Below are positions 1 to 8,650 of a stretch of 42,173 bases of DNA, in pieces. The DNA comes from a virus. The DNA lies in the IMG/VR virus record IMGVR_UViG_3300029927_000113. The stretch is one strand, 5' to 3'. The notes beneath the pieces were generated by a model. It did no database searches. It was given only the letters and a program-made list of their open reading frames with translations, and was not told the origin of the DNA. The stretch's first letter is position 1, and each line of letters opens with the position of its first letter. A program made the position numbers and the translations under genes.

Positions 1-120
1 GAGGCTCAAGCCAAGATCGATGAGGAGGCTCAAGCCAAGATCGATGAGGAGGCTCAAGCCAAGATCGATGAGGAGGCTCAAGCCAAGATCGATGAGGAGG
101 CTCAAGCCACGGCCAAAGAC
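1..120 (+). repeat. Perfect 24-bp tandem repeat GAGGCTCAAGCCAAGATCGATGAG x4 plus a degenerate fifth unit (coding, EAQAKIDE)
   Basis: Units at 1-24, 25-48, 49-72 and 73-96 are identical. 97-120 is GAGGCTCAAGCCACGGCCAAAGAC. Confidence 0.95.
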
Positions 121-198
121 AGAACGGATAATCTTTTTGATGAAAAGAAAGAAAATGCTCCGGTAAAAACAAGCAAAAGTAAAACCAAGAAGTCTTAA
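1..198 (+). CDS. 3' part of the junction-spanning virion-module gene
   Basis: Frame 1 is open from base 1 to TAA at 196-198: (EAQAKIDE)n EAQATAKDRTDNLFDEKKENAPVKTSKSKTKKS. It is in phase with the ORF ending at 42173. Confidence 0.75.
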   Translation, partial: EAQAKIDEEAQAKIDEEAQAKIDEEAQAKIDEEAQATAKDRTDNLFDEKKENAPVKTSKSKTKKS

Positions 199-227
199 TA
201 TTATTTTATAAGACGCTCAACTCAACC

Positions 228-251
228 CAGCCGCCAAATGGTGGTTTTTTT
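228..251 (+). terminator. Weak hairpin + T7 tract (possible partial terminator/attenuator)
   Basis: CCGCC(231-235)-AAAT-GGTGG(240-244), including one G-U pair, followed by T7 at 245-251. The stem is only 5 bp. Confidence 0.3.
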
Positions 252-267
252 ATGAAAGGTATTACCA

Positions 268-414
268 ATGGCAAATAAGAAGATCATAGCCAAACGTGAT
301 TTTGAATTTGAATGTAATGAAGATCACGTGGTTATTGAAAAGGGAGACGACATCGTCGAGAAGGGTGTCCCTGAAAAATACTACCCTAACTTAAAAACTG
401 AACAGGTTATCTAA
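268..414 (+). CDS. Small hypothetical protein (48 aa) between connector genes and the major tail gene
   Basis: ATG at 268 lies 8 nt after AAAGG; TAA at 412-414. Translation: MANKKIIAKRDFEFECNEDHVVIEKGDDIVEKGVPEKYYPNLKTEQVI. Below the ORF-track size cut-off. Confidence 0.5.
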   Translation: MANKKIIAKRDFEFECNEDHVVIEKGDDIVEKGVPEKYYPNLKTEQVI

Positions 415-442
415 CCTTTTTAGAATATCAAACTTTCCAAAC

Positions 443-465
443 GCCACCATTTCGGTGGTTTTTTT
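443..465 (+). terminator. Short hairpin + T7 tract (possible partial terminator)
   Basis: CCACC(444-448)-ATTTC-GGTGG(454-458), then T7 at 459-465. Same design as the element at 228-251. Confidence 0.4.
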
Positions 466-512
466 ATGTCCATATTCCGTTATTGGCGGTTTTATTATGA
501 AAGGTTAATATT

Positions 513-1397
513 ATGGCACAAAGACAGCAACTATTCGGGATACACGAGGCTACAGCCTATGATCCTGCGACAAAATTACCATTGGGCAATGCTAAAATCT
601 TAGGGCAGGCCAATATGAATTTTTCAGGTGAAACCGTTCAAAACACTGGTGGTTCAAGCTCAACGCCATGGTCTGTTGAAGATGGACTGGTCAATACTGA
701 GGTCTCCATTACTTTTAAGGAGTACCCAAATTGGCTATGGGAAGCGCTGAATGGCGCAACACCAATTGAAAATGCGGCGGAAGTATTGGGGGCAATTTCT
801 TCTGCCTTACAAAATGTCAAAGGTACATCTGCACTTAATGCCGTTACGGGTATTGCATCTGTTGGTGTAAAGGTAGGGTCTGAAATTGATCTGAAAACAG
901 GAATTTACACGTTGGTTTTTGTAACTGCGACTACGGCGGATATATACTCCATGACTGACGTTGATTTTGGTCAAGGTACTAAAAAATCATATATCAATGA
1001 CAAGCTTAAGATTAACAATACACCCATTTTAATAACCTCGGGTGGTGCATCTGTAGTCCCTGACTTTGGAATAGAGTTAATTGGTGGCTCAGGTGTAATT
1101 GCAGCGAATGTTGGTGATACTGCTACATTTGAAGTACGTGCAATAAACACCGGATCAGATGAAGTTGTTGTTGGGTCATCTATCTCTAAATTCAAAGAAA
1201 TAGGCCTTGTCCTGACTGCGCAGCGGCGTTCTGATGGACAGGTGTTTATTATCGATGTTTTCAGAGCAAAAGGTAATACATTATCAGTCCCTATGACGGC
1301 AAAAGAATTTGCGGAAACAGAAACTCCGCTTGTTGCTTTCTATGATGAGGCACGTGACGGGATTTATAAAATGACACGTGTTAGGACTACAAACTAA
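513..1397 (+). CDS. Major tail (tube) protein
   Basis: 294-aa ORF with an AAAGG RBS, directly upstream of the chaperone pair and tape measure, which is the canonical siphovirus order. No sheath-sized gene is present. Confidence 0.7.
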   Translation: MAQRQQLFGIHEATAYDPATKLPLGNAKILGQANMNFSGETVQNTGGSSSTPWSVEDGLVNTEVSITFKEYPNWLWEALNGATPIENAAEVLGAISSALQNVKGTSALNAVTGIASVGVKVGSEIDLKTGIYTLVFVTATTADIYSMTDVDFGQGTKKSYINDKLKINNTPILITSGGASVVPDFGIELIGGSGVIAANVGDTATFEVRAINTGSDEVVVGSSISKFKEIGLVLTAQRRSDGQVFIIDVFRAKGNTLSVPMTAKEFAETETPLVAFYDEARDGIYKMTRVRTTN

Positions 1398-1888
1398 TGG
1401 GTCTATTATCATTAGAATCCAAGAGAACTTATTTCTCTATTAGAGTTAAAGGCCGCGAAAAGCGGCTTTTATTTCGCCCGTTCATTCTACGTGATGAAGC
1501 ATGGTTACAAAGGGTGTGGGATCTAGAAAACTTGTCAAAAAAAATATTAGATCGCGATGTCCACACAATTGCAAAAATTATTTGGCATCAACTTGAACCC
1601 AAAAGTAAACAGATGGTCATGAATATTAAGGCAACATATATTGATGTTGATCCACAAACTGGAAAAAAAATTAAAGTAAATCCGCAAGGGTATGCAAGGC
1701 TGATTGAATTTCTTGATACAGAGAGTTTTGACCAAGCGTTATCTGCATGGAACAAGGTTAGAAAAATAAATTCTGCATCCTTGAGTGCTAGTGATAATAA
1801 AAAAAAAATCAAGAAACCGACTGGGATGAAATCTTTGATCTTATATCTTCTGAATATGGCCATACCCACGAACAAATATTTGACATGA
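1397..1888 (+). CDS. Tail assembly chaperone (lambda G-like)
   Basis: 163 aa, between the major tail and tape measure genes. An A10 slippery run lies near its 3' end and the -1 frame is open into the next ORF. Confidence 0.75.
   Translation: MGLLSLESKRTYFSIRVKGREKRLLFRPFILRDEAWLQRVWDLENLSKKILDRDVHTIAKIIWHQLEPKSKQMVMNIKATYIDVDPQTGKKIKVNPQGYARLIEFLDTESFDQALSAWNKVRKINSASLSASDNKKKIKKPTGMKSLILYLLNMAIPTNKYLT
1799..1808 (+). other. Programmed -1 ribosomal frameshift site (A AAA AAA within an A10 run)
   Basis: The zero frame reads AAT AAA AAA AAA ATC. A shift to -1 gives AAT CAA GAA ACC GAC TGG..., which is open and in phase with ORF 1885..2100. Confidence 0.65.
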
Positions 1889-2100
1889 CCATTGGTCAAA
1901 TAAATTTATCCATAAAGAACATTAATATCAGAACTCATAATAAGCTCGCAATCAATGCAAATTTTCACGGTCATAAAATGAAATTACACGACCGTGAAGA
2001 AGAGCTTTTTATTAAGACTTCCCATGAATCCGAGGGAGTAAATGATCACAGTAGCCAATCTGCGCATGAAAATTATATGGCAGATTTAAGGGAACCATAA
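1807..2100 (+). CDS. T-like extension of the tail assembly chaperone (GT fusion via -1 frameshift)
   Basis: The -1 frame from 1807 reads NQETDWDEIFDLISSEYGHTHEQIFDMTIGQINLS... without a stop until 2100. The track ORF 1885..2100 has no RBS of its own. Confidence 0.65.
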   Translation, partial: NQETDWDEIFDLISSEYGHTHEQIFDMTIGQINLSIKNINIRTHNKLAINANFHGHKMKLHDREEELFIKTSHESEGVNDHSSQSAHENYMADLREP

Positions 2101-2103
2101 AAC

Positions 2104-4296
2104 ATGTCTAAGAAGGATCTTATTATAAAGATTGGGAGTAATGTTGATGGCCTAAAAAGAGGCATGTCTACTGCGCAAATAGCGATTACTGCGGTTTCTG
2201 CAGCAGTAGGTGCAACAGCTATCGCAGCTGCTGCGGCTGTTGAAGAATTCCGTAATTTTGAAGCAAAATTTTCAGACATTGTAACATTGCTTGATGATGC
2301 TTCTTTTACTACAAAGAATTTTAAACAAGGCGTTAATGATCTTCGTAAAGGCTTGCTAGATTTAAGGGCAACATCTGGGCAATCATTTGATAATTTGAGC
2401 AAAGGATTATTTGATCTAGTATCAGCTGGCGTAGAAGCAGAAAATTCTATTGATGTTTTGCGTATATCTACTGATCTAGCTCTTGCAGGTGCCACTGATG
2501 CAAGCGTTGCTGTTGATGGTTTAACCTCCTCTCTGAATGCATATGGATATGAGACCAGTGAAGCGCAGGCAATTGCAGAGAAGTTTTTCACAGCTCAAAA
2601 ATTTGGTAAAACTACGATAGAGGAGCTTTCAACTGACTTTGGTAAAGTTGCTGCGACTGCATCATCTATGGGTGTTTCTTTTGATGAGGTCTTAGCATCT
2701 GTCTCTGCAGCCACGTTAGCAGGTATAGAGACAAATGAAGCGTATACAGGCTTAAAAGCAGTCCTTTCAAATATTATTAAGCCTTCCAAGGATGCCGCGG
2801 ATGAGGCAAAAAGACTTGGTATCGAGTTTGATTCTAGCGCACTAAAAGCAAAAGGGTTCGAAGGCTTTTTGGACAGTATAACCTCTTCAGCAAAATTTAA
2901 TGGAGAGACATTAGAAAAATTATTCGGGTCAACTGAGGCCTTGAATATAGCTTTTGCCTTAACAGGAGGGCAGGCGGATGATTTTACAAATATCTTAAAA
3001 GAGTTATCTGATGAAACCAAGCGTGCAGAAACTTTTCAAAGTGCTCTTGCCGAAAAGGGAAATACCTTAGACCAGAAACTATTAAAACTTGATGGTTCTG
3101 CCTCTCGCCTCAAAGCAACACTAGGTGAAAAATTAGCACCGGCTTTCGGGGACTTGGCTGAAGGTGCTGCACAATCCTTAGATTATATGAGCGATCACGT
3201 TGATGATTTAGCTATGAGCGTAGATGGTCTTTTGGGAGCGCTGGTTGACGCATCTCTTGCTTTAACGGATTTGATATCAAGCTCTGCTGGTGTGCAATTA
3301 GGTGACCCGTTTACTGAGGTTGATCCCGGAAAAATTCTAGATGAAATGCGTGGGTTTCAGAATGTTGATGCCTTTGCGGCATTGATAGACTCTTCACAAG
3401 TAATGGCCTCCGGTGTTTTAGAAAACTTTGAGAAAATTAATGAAAAGGAAGATGAGCTTGAGAAAATAAGAAAAGCTAGGGAAGAGGTGAGACTTAGCCG
3501 TGAAAAAGAGATTATGGATAAAAAATCCGCACGCGAGGCCGAAGCATATGCAAAAAAATTAGAGCGTGAAGAAGAGCAAAGAGCTGCGCAATTAGAGCGC
3601 GACGATGAACAGTTTGAAGAAGACGTTGCACGTTTACTAGAAAAACTATCTGGAATTGACGAAGTTGAGGCACAGTTCTCTGGTTTAGCTGAGTTGCGTG
3701 AATTAAAAAAATTGAAACTTAAAGCGCGAAATGCAGAACAAATAAAGAAAATTGATAAAGCAACAGCAATAGCTTCAATGAAGGCTTCTGAACTATCAAC
3801 TCAAGCATCAATAAAAAAATTGCAAACAGTGCTTTCAGAGGAGACCGTAGTCGGCAAGGCAATATTTCTTATACGTAAGGCACAAGCTATAGCGAATACA
3901 ATATCTAGCACACAGCAAGCGATGGCTCTGGCTCGTGCAACAGTTCCACCTCCTGGTGGCGATGCTCTCGCGGCAAAATACGCGCTGCAAGGGGCTATAA
4001 ATGTGGGCGTTATTGCCGCTACTGCTATCGGTGCTGAAAAGGGTGGACAAGTTCAGGGCGTGGGTAGAGGGGATAAAGTACACTACATGCTAGAGCCAGA
4101 AGAAATAATAGTTCCCCAAAGCCATTCTAAGACTTTTTCTCAGTTGTTTGGAAATTTTCCAGATTTATCAGAGGCACCTTTGCCTGCTTCAGGCGGTGGT
4201 GGAGAGCTAAATATTACTATCGGTTTTACCGATGATGCAAGTCAGGTTTTAGCGATTGACCAGTTCGAAGATACGAGAATAGGGGTGTCACGATGA
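2104..4296 (+). CDS. Tape measure protein
   Basis: 730 aa, Ala/Gly-rich and helical, with a long E/K/R coiled-coil segment (REKEIMDKKSAREAEAYAKKLEREEEQRAAQLERDDEQ). Position after G/GT. Confidence 0.9.
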   Translation: MSKKDLIIKIGSNVDGLKRGMSTAQIAITAVSAAVGATAIAAAAAVEEFRNFEAKFSDIVTLLDDASFTTKNFKQGVNDLRKGLLDLRATSGQSFDNLSKGLFDLVSAGVEAENSIDVLRISTDLALAGATDASVAVDGLTSSLNAYGYETSEAQAIAEKFFTAQKFGKTTIEELSTDFGKVAATASSMGVSFDEVLASVSAATLAGIETNEAYTGLKAVLSNIIKPSKDAADEAKRLGIEFDSSALKAKGFEGFLDSITSSAKFNGETLEKLFGSTEALNIAFALTGGQADDFTNILKELSDETKRAETFQSALAEKGNTLDQKLLKLDGSASRLKATLGEKLAPAFGDLAEGAAQSLDYMSDHVDDLAMSVDGLLGALVDASLALTDLISSSAGVQLGDPFTEVDPGKILDEMRGFQNVDAFAALIDSSQVMASGVLENFEKINEKEDELEKIRKAREEVRLSREKEIMDKKSAREAEAYAKKLEREEEQRAAQLERDDEQFEEDVARLLEKLSGIDEVEAQFSGLAELRELKKLKLKARNAEQIKKIDKATAIASMKASELSTQASIKKLQTVLSEETVVGKAIFLIRKAQAIANTISSTQQAMALARATVPPPGGDALAAKYALQGAINVGVIAATAIGAEKGGQVQGVGRGDKVHYMLEPEEIIVPQSHSKTFSQLFGNFPDLSEAPLPASGGGGELNITIGFTDDASQVLAIDQFEDTRIGVSR

Positions 4297-5111
4297 GTAT
4301 GACAGGTGGGTTTTCATTCTTTGATGTTAATGCCGCAGCACTATTTGACGGCGCTACAATTGTCGCATCAACCAACCAAGATGATGCGAATTACATCCTA
4401 TCTGGTGAGAAGGCATATCGCTGGCAATCTGTCGGATCTGATGATGTAACACAAGAGGTGATGACCATTACTTTGCCTGTGCCGGTTAAGTTTGATCGTC
4501 TGTTTTTGGTGCAGCATAATTTTAAAGGTTTTACGATAAAATATGGCGCGTCACTCGATTTTACAAATGTAAGGGGTTTAAACGGAAACACTGCAAATAT
4601 TAGTGAAGCCGATTTTACTTACGATACTGCATATTATGAATTTGATGCCGTAACGACCGACACCATTATTATTACAATTGATACAACGCAAATTGCGAAC
4701 GTAGAAAAATATCTGATGTGGTTTATTGCCACGACAGAATTGGGTACTTTTATTGGTTACCCGCAAAATCCAAACTTAACACTTGATCGTAAAATAACGC
4801 GTCAGAAAAACGCCGCCAAAGGTCAGCGCATACTAAAACATAAAGAGCGCGCTAAACTCAATATTGATATGAAGCATTACCCAATACAGCAGGATATAGA
4901 CTTGTTGTCTGATTTGCAGGATCGTGATGATCCTTTTCTTGTGTGGCCTCATGGCGGTAAACCAGCGCAATTTCGTTTGAGAATACGCGGTTACCGTACA
5001 AGGGACATTTTTTTGATGCAGATATCATCGCCTATGGGTGTGGGCTTTTTTAAGAACACATATAGCTTAAGCGGTGAAACAAAAGTTAAAATGGAGGAGG
5101 TTGATCGATGA
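4293..5111 (+). CDS. Distal tail protein (Dit-position), N-terminal galactose-binding-like segment
   Basis: 272 aa, ATGA-type overlap with the tape measure gene. The assignment is positional. Confidence 0.5.
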   Translation: MSMTGGFSFFDVNAAALFDGATIVASTNQDDANYILSGEKAYRWQSVGSDDVTQEVMTITLPVPVKFDRLFLVQHNFKGFTIKYGASLDFTNVRGLNGNTANISEADFTYDTAYYEFDAVTTDTIIITIDTTQIANVEKYLMWFIATTELGTFIGYPQNPNLTLDRKITRQKNAAKGQRILKHKERAKLNIDMKHYPIQQDIDLLSDLQDRDDPFLVWPHGGKPAQFRLRIRGYRTRDIFLMQISSPMGVGFFKNTYSLSGETKVKMEEVDR

Positions 5112-6331
5112 ATAATATTCGCGTGTTAATTACACCTCTACATTATGATGGCATTTACGGTGATGAAGTTGATGTCACCAAGGATATCGACATAACCTCT
5201 CTGGTTAAGGACAACCTTGGCAAAATTAGCCGCGAGATTGATAACGGTGATTTTGATTTCGGCGTTTTCGTTTTCGGATCGATTACTCTTCGTTGTTATA
5301 ACGACGAAGGTTTTTTCAGTATGCCTGAAGATAGCCGAAGTATTTTCAAATATCGCCGTGATTTAGCACGGGTAAAAATAGTATATGTGTCCACTGTAGA
5401 ATCTGTTTTGTTTGAAGGCATCATAAATGAGGACACGTCCCGCGATGAAGATTTACCGGACGATGACATAAAAACAGGAACCATAAAATTCCGGGTGTTA
5501 TCACTGGATAGTATTCTGCGCCATACCAAGGTTGCTGGTGGTGCTATTGCAACGGGGGTTACAATCTCTACTGCGATTAAACAGATATTAAATACGACAT
5601 ATATTACCAATGTCCTGAATTTTGACCCTTCGAAAATAACAGTAGATACGGACGTTGTTATTGATGATGGTGATTATTTTACAGGTGCAAGTGTTAAGGA
5701 AGCACTCGACGAATTGCTCTTAGCCGCGAATTCTATACTTCTAATTGATGAAGCGCATAATATTATAGTTACGCCACGTGTCGAAAATTCAGCTTTACAT
5801 AAGCTATACGCCCCGCATGATCGACTTGGGCGCGGCAATATAATGCAAATCAAGAATTACAATAATGGCCTTCAGCGATGTTTCTCTGCCGTTAAAATCA
5901 ATGAAACCGAAATAGTAAATCTTGCCGCTGTAGGGGATTATGGCCATAGGCAGAAATCTATTTCACTAGATTTTATAACATCGGTGGTGAGTGAAGAGAT
6001 TATAGCCGGAAATATATTGGCGGAGTTCGATACGCCTAGAAAAGAATGTGTTGTCAAAGTTCCCTTTGATGATATCGCAGGCGTAAAATTACTGGATCAA
6101 GTCGAAATTGATTATCCGCTGCAGGTTCTACCGCCAAAAGGCGAACAATTCATCACGACAGTTAATACGTTTGTTCTAGGGCAGAGCAAAGCCAACCGTG
6201 TCCGTGGATCAATAAGCATATTACCAAAATTAAGGTGGAAGATTATAGGCATATTTCACGGCCTAAAGTATTTCACTACGGAATTAAAAATACGCCATGT
6301 GGGCAAAGAATATGGGCAGGGAGTAATCTAA
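5108..6331 (+). CDS. Tail hub / Tal-position protein
   Basis: 407 aa, 4-nt overlap with the upstream gene. The assignment is positional. Confidence 0.5.
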   Translation: MNNIRVLITPLHYDGIYGDEVDVTKDIDITSLVKDNLGKISREIDNGDFDFGVFVFGSITLRCYNDEGFFSMPEDSRSIFKYRRDLARVKIVYVSTVESVLFEGIINEDTSRDEDLPDDDIKTGTIKFRVLSLDSILRHTKVAGGAIATGVTISTAIKQILNTTYITNVLNFDPSKITVDTDVVIDDGDYFTGASVKEALDELLLAANSILLIDEAHNIIVTPRVENSALHKLYAPHDRLGRGNIMQIKNYNNGLQRCFSAVKINETEIVNLAAVGDYGHRQKSISLDFITSVVSEEIIAGNILAEFDTPRKECVVKVPFDDIAGVKLLDQVEIDYPLQVLPPKGEQFITTVNTFVLGQSKANRVRGSISILPKLRWKIIGIFHGLKYFTTELKIRHVGKEYGQGVI

Positions 6332-6332
6332 C

Positions 6333-8132
6333 GTGACAGATAATACATTATCAAACGTAACCACTGATGTTGTTCCATCAAGCTGGAACCAATATTTTAC
6401 AGCACTTGTAAATGATTTTGTCGGTCGCAATGGGGCAGGCGAGCCAGAAAAAGGAAAAAAGAATGGCACCGCAACCATTCCATGGGGCGAAATACATGCA
6501 GATAAATTATTTCTTGGTGGTTCTTTATTAGACCCAGAAAACCTTGGTTCAAGTGGCGGCGGTAATGGTATCGTTTCAGGGGCAACACGATCCGGCTCAG
6601 AAATGCCGGATTTTTTACGTGCAAATGGTGCTGCAACTTCGTTCAATGTACTTGGCGCAACAACACCCCTTAACTTAAACATTAATTCTGTTGGCGTTAG
6701 TGTGCCGACTGATTTAACCCATGGCTCATTGAATACTGCACCCATAACCAATAATACTGCGCTTATCGATGATGGTGCAATATCTTCAGATAAATACGCC
6801 GGAGAGAACGGATCCACAATTGCCATTGATAACGCAGGGTCTGAGATAACAGATCGCGTTGGTGAGTATGTAGCCTTAAAGCATGGAGCAAGCGAAATTA
6901 TGTTTGCGCGTGTTGCGTCGGTTAGCGGCACCACTGCCATACTTGATAATGTTTTTCGTGGTTTCTTTTTTGATAGCTCCGGCGATCCAATTTTGCGCGA
7001 GGGTTTAAGCAATAATGACACTTTGACACTTTATAATTTGGCGTGGATTTTCTTGCAAAGCGATGGAACGACTTTGGATGTATCCTATACTACTCCAATC
7101 TGGAGTTACAATGAGCCGAGCGCCCCTGTTATTGATGACTATTGGTATGACACCAGCAATCAAAAATGGATGCGTTACGATGGCTCCATATTTGAAGAAA
7201 TTAATCGCACGCATATTGGCTGGGTGGTTATGGATGATACAAATTGTATTGCCTCTCGCTGTCTTGATTTTACAAAGAATTTTAATGAACATATATCAAT
7301 TGAGACACGAGATGTTACCGATACAACAGTACGTTCTAAAGGTCACAACGATAGCGTAAGTGTTTATGGATCATTGATCTCTTTTGGAAATTCTCCTGCA
7401 TATTGGGATATTACGACTGACCTAGAGGTCGGATTGGTTGAAAGTGCAAGTCAGTTTCTTTATCTCTACATCACGCAAAATGGAGAGACTGTATTATCAG
7501 AAACACATCCATATAATCGCGTGGGCGATCTTAATGGCTGGTATCATCCATATCATACTTGGCGTTATGTCGGTGTTGCATATAATGATTCCGGCTCTAA
7601 TTTTTCAATTGCGAACTCTCATAACACAAATACCGTTCGAAGTGATTCCTTCCTATCATCTGCTGAATTTCTGGCAATTCCAAATAAATCTATAAAAGTA
7701 ATTGTTACTGCAGGCGGCGGTGGCGGTGCAAGTTCTGGTGGTCATGGTACAAGCGGATCTAGTTCTACATTTGCCTCTTTCTGCTCTTCGACGGGCGGCA
7801 CTCGTGGCCTAAATTCTGGAACGAACGGCGCTGGCGGCTCAGGCTCTGGCGGCGATATGAATATATCCGGTGGTGATGCAGCAGGCGATGGCAACGGCGG
7901 TGATTCTTATTATGGCGGTGTCTCAGACGCAGGTCAGCATGGAAAATATTATGGCGGTGGTGGCGGTGGGCAAACTACAGCACAGGGCGGTGGTGGTGGT
8001 GGCGGTACTGCAATTAAGAAACTTAATAATATTATAGGCCGTCATAGCATAACTGTTGGTGCGGGTGGCGCAGGTGGTACAGGTGGCGGTAAAGTCGGGC
8101 GCGCAGGCGTTATCGAAGTGGAGTATTTATAA
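6333..8132 (+). CDS. Tail fibre / receptor-binding protein with glycine-rich C-terminal domain
   Basis: 599 aa, GTG start. The C-terminal ~140 aa are dominated by G/S/A runs and end GRAGVIEVEYL. Position after the hub gene. Confidence 0.6.
   Translation: MTDNTLSNVTTDVVPSSWNQYFTALVNDFVGRNGAGEPEKGKKNGTATIPWGEIHADKLFLGGSLLDPENLGSSGGGNGIVSGATRSGSEMPDFLRANGAATSFNVLGATTPLNLNINSVGVSVPTDLTHGSLNTAPITNNTALIDDGAISSDKYAGENGSTIAIDNAGSEITDRVGEYVALKHGASEIMFARVASVSGTTAILDNVFRGFFFDSSGDPILREGLSNNDTLTLYNLAWIFLQSDGTTLDVSYTTPIWSYNEPSAPVIDDYWYDTSNQKWMRYDGSIFEEINRTHIGWVVMDDTNCIASRCLDFTKNFNEHISIETRDVTDTTVRSKGHNDSVSVYGSLISFGNSPAYWDITTDLEVGLVESASQFLYLYITQNGETVLSETHPYNRVGDLNGWYHPYHTWRYVGVAYNDSGSNFSIANSHNTNTVRSDSFLSSAEFLAIPNKSIKVIVTAGGGGGASSGGHGTSGSSSTFASFCSSTGGTRGLNSGTNGAGGSGSGGDMNISGGDAAGDGNGGDSYYGGVSDAGQHGKYYGGGGGGQTTAQGGGGGGGTAIKKLNNIIGRHSITVGAGGAGGTGGGKVGRAGVIEVEYL
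7710..8110 (+). repeat. Low-complexity GGY-rich DNA encoding the glycine-rich fibre tip
   Basis: Repeated ggcggtggtggc-type strings. The protein has no strict G-X-Y periodicity, so it is not collagen-like. Confidence 0.6.
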
Positions 8133-8650
8133 TGTTTGCACGATTAGAAAATAATATAGTCATGGAAGTTATGGATGTTGAAATGCTTCCTGAATTTCAT
8201 CCTGATTTGATTTGGGTAACATGTACAAGTGAAGTCGGCGAGGGGTTCATATATGATAATAGTATCTTCATTGATCCCGAATCCTTAATAACTGCAGAGG
8301 GCTTAATCCCCGCAAAACTACTGGAAATTTCAAGTCTGTATCATGAGAAGATCGGATCCGGCTTTTTATATGATGGAAATCTATATCACCTAGATGCCAC
8401 CGCGCGTTCCAATATGGGCATGATGAAATTAGAAATCGATGCAGGTGCGATTAGCCCACATGGCGGCGCTTGGATTGGATTGAACGGTGTTTACACATTA
8501 TCTGATGTGCAAGTCCTAGCATTAGCAGAGGCCGCACGGTTGGCTTATCGTGGATTACTTTTTGCAAAATCTACCCACGAGATAACAATAAAGGCTCTTA
8601 CTGAAAAAGGTGCTGTTCTATCCTACGATGTTGAAGCGGGGTGGCCATAA
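8132..8650 (+). CDS. Hypothetical tail-associated protein (possible fibre assembly / DUF4376-like)
   Basis: 172 aa, TAATG junction with the fibre gene. The N-terminus MFARLENNIVMEV...GFIYDNSIFIDPES is typical of small fibre-adjacent phage proteins. Tentative. Confidence 0.4.
   Translation: MFARLENNIVMEVMDVEMLPEFHPDLIWVTCTSEVGEGFIYDNSIFIDPESLITAEGLIPAKLLEISSLYHEKIGSGFLYDGNLYHLDATARSNMGMMKLEIDAGAISPHGGAWIGLNGVYTLSDVQVLALAEAARLAYRGLLFAKSTHEITIKALTEKGAVLSYDVEAGWP

Noticed and set aside
1-120. Tandem 24-bp repeats considered as a CRISPR array or as an iteron/origin
   Set aside because: The units are directly adjacent with no spacers, are in frame within an ORF that spans the junction, and encode a regular peptide repeat. 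There are no cas genes.
6284-7021. 245-aa minus-strand ORF inside the tail-fibre gene; likewise 2073-2591, 2595-3020, 10923-11426 and other antisense ORFs within structural genes
   Set aside because: These are shadow ORFs opposite long, well-supported + strand genes arranged in a tightly coupled operon. They have no RBS or motifs.
7063-7695. Hydrophobic alternative-frame ORFs (7063-7359, 7438-7695) inside the fibre gene, considered as embedded membrane genes
   Set aside because: They have no RBS and are out of frame within a continuous 599-codon gene. Their composition is explained by the frame shift of a Gly/Asn/Thr-rich sequence.
6333-8132. Diversity-generating retroelement targeting the fibre gene
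   Set aside because: No reverse transcriptase ORF exists anywhere in the window, and I found no template/variable repeat pair matching the fibre 3' end. The glycine-rich repeats are simple low complexity.
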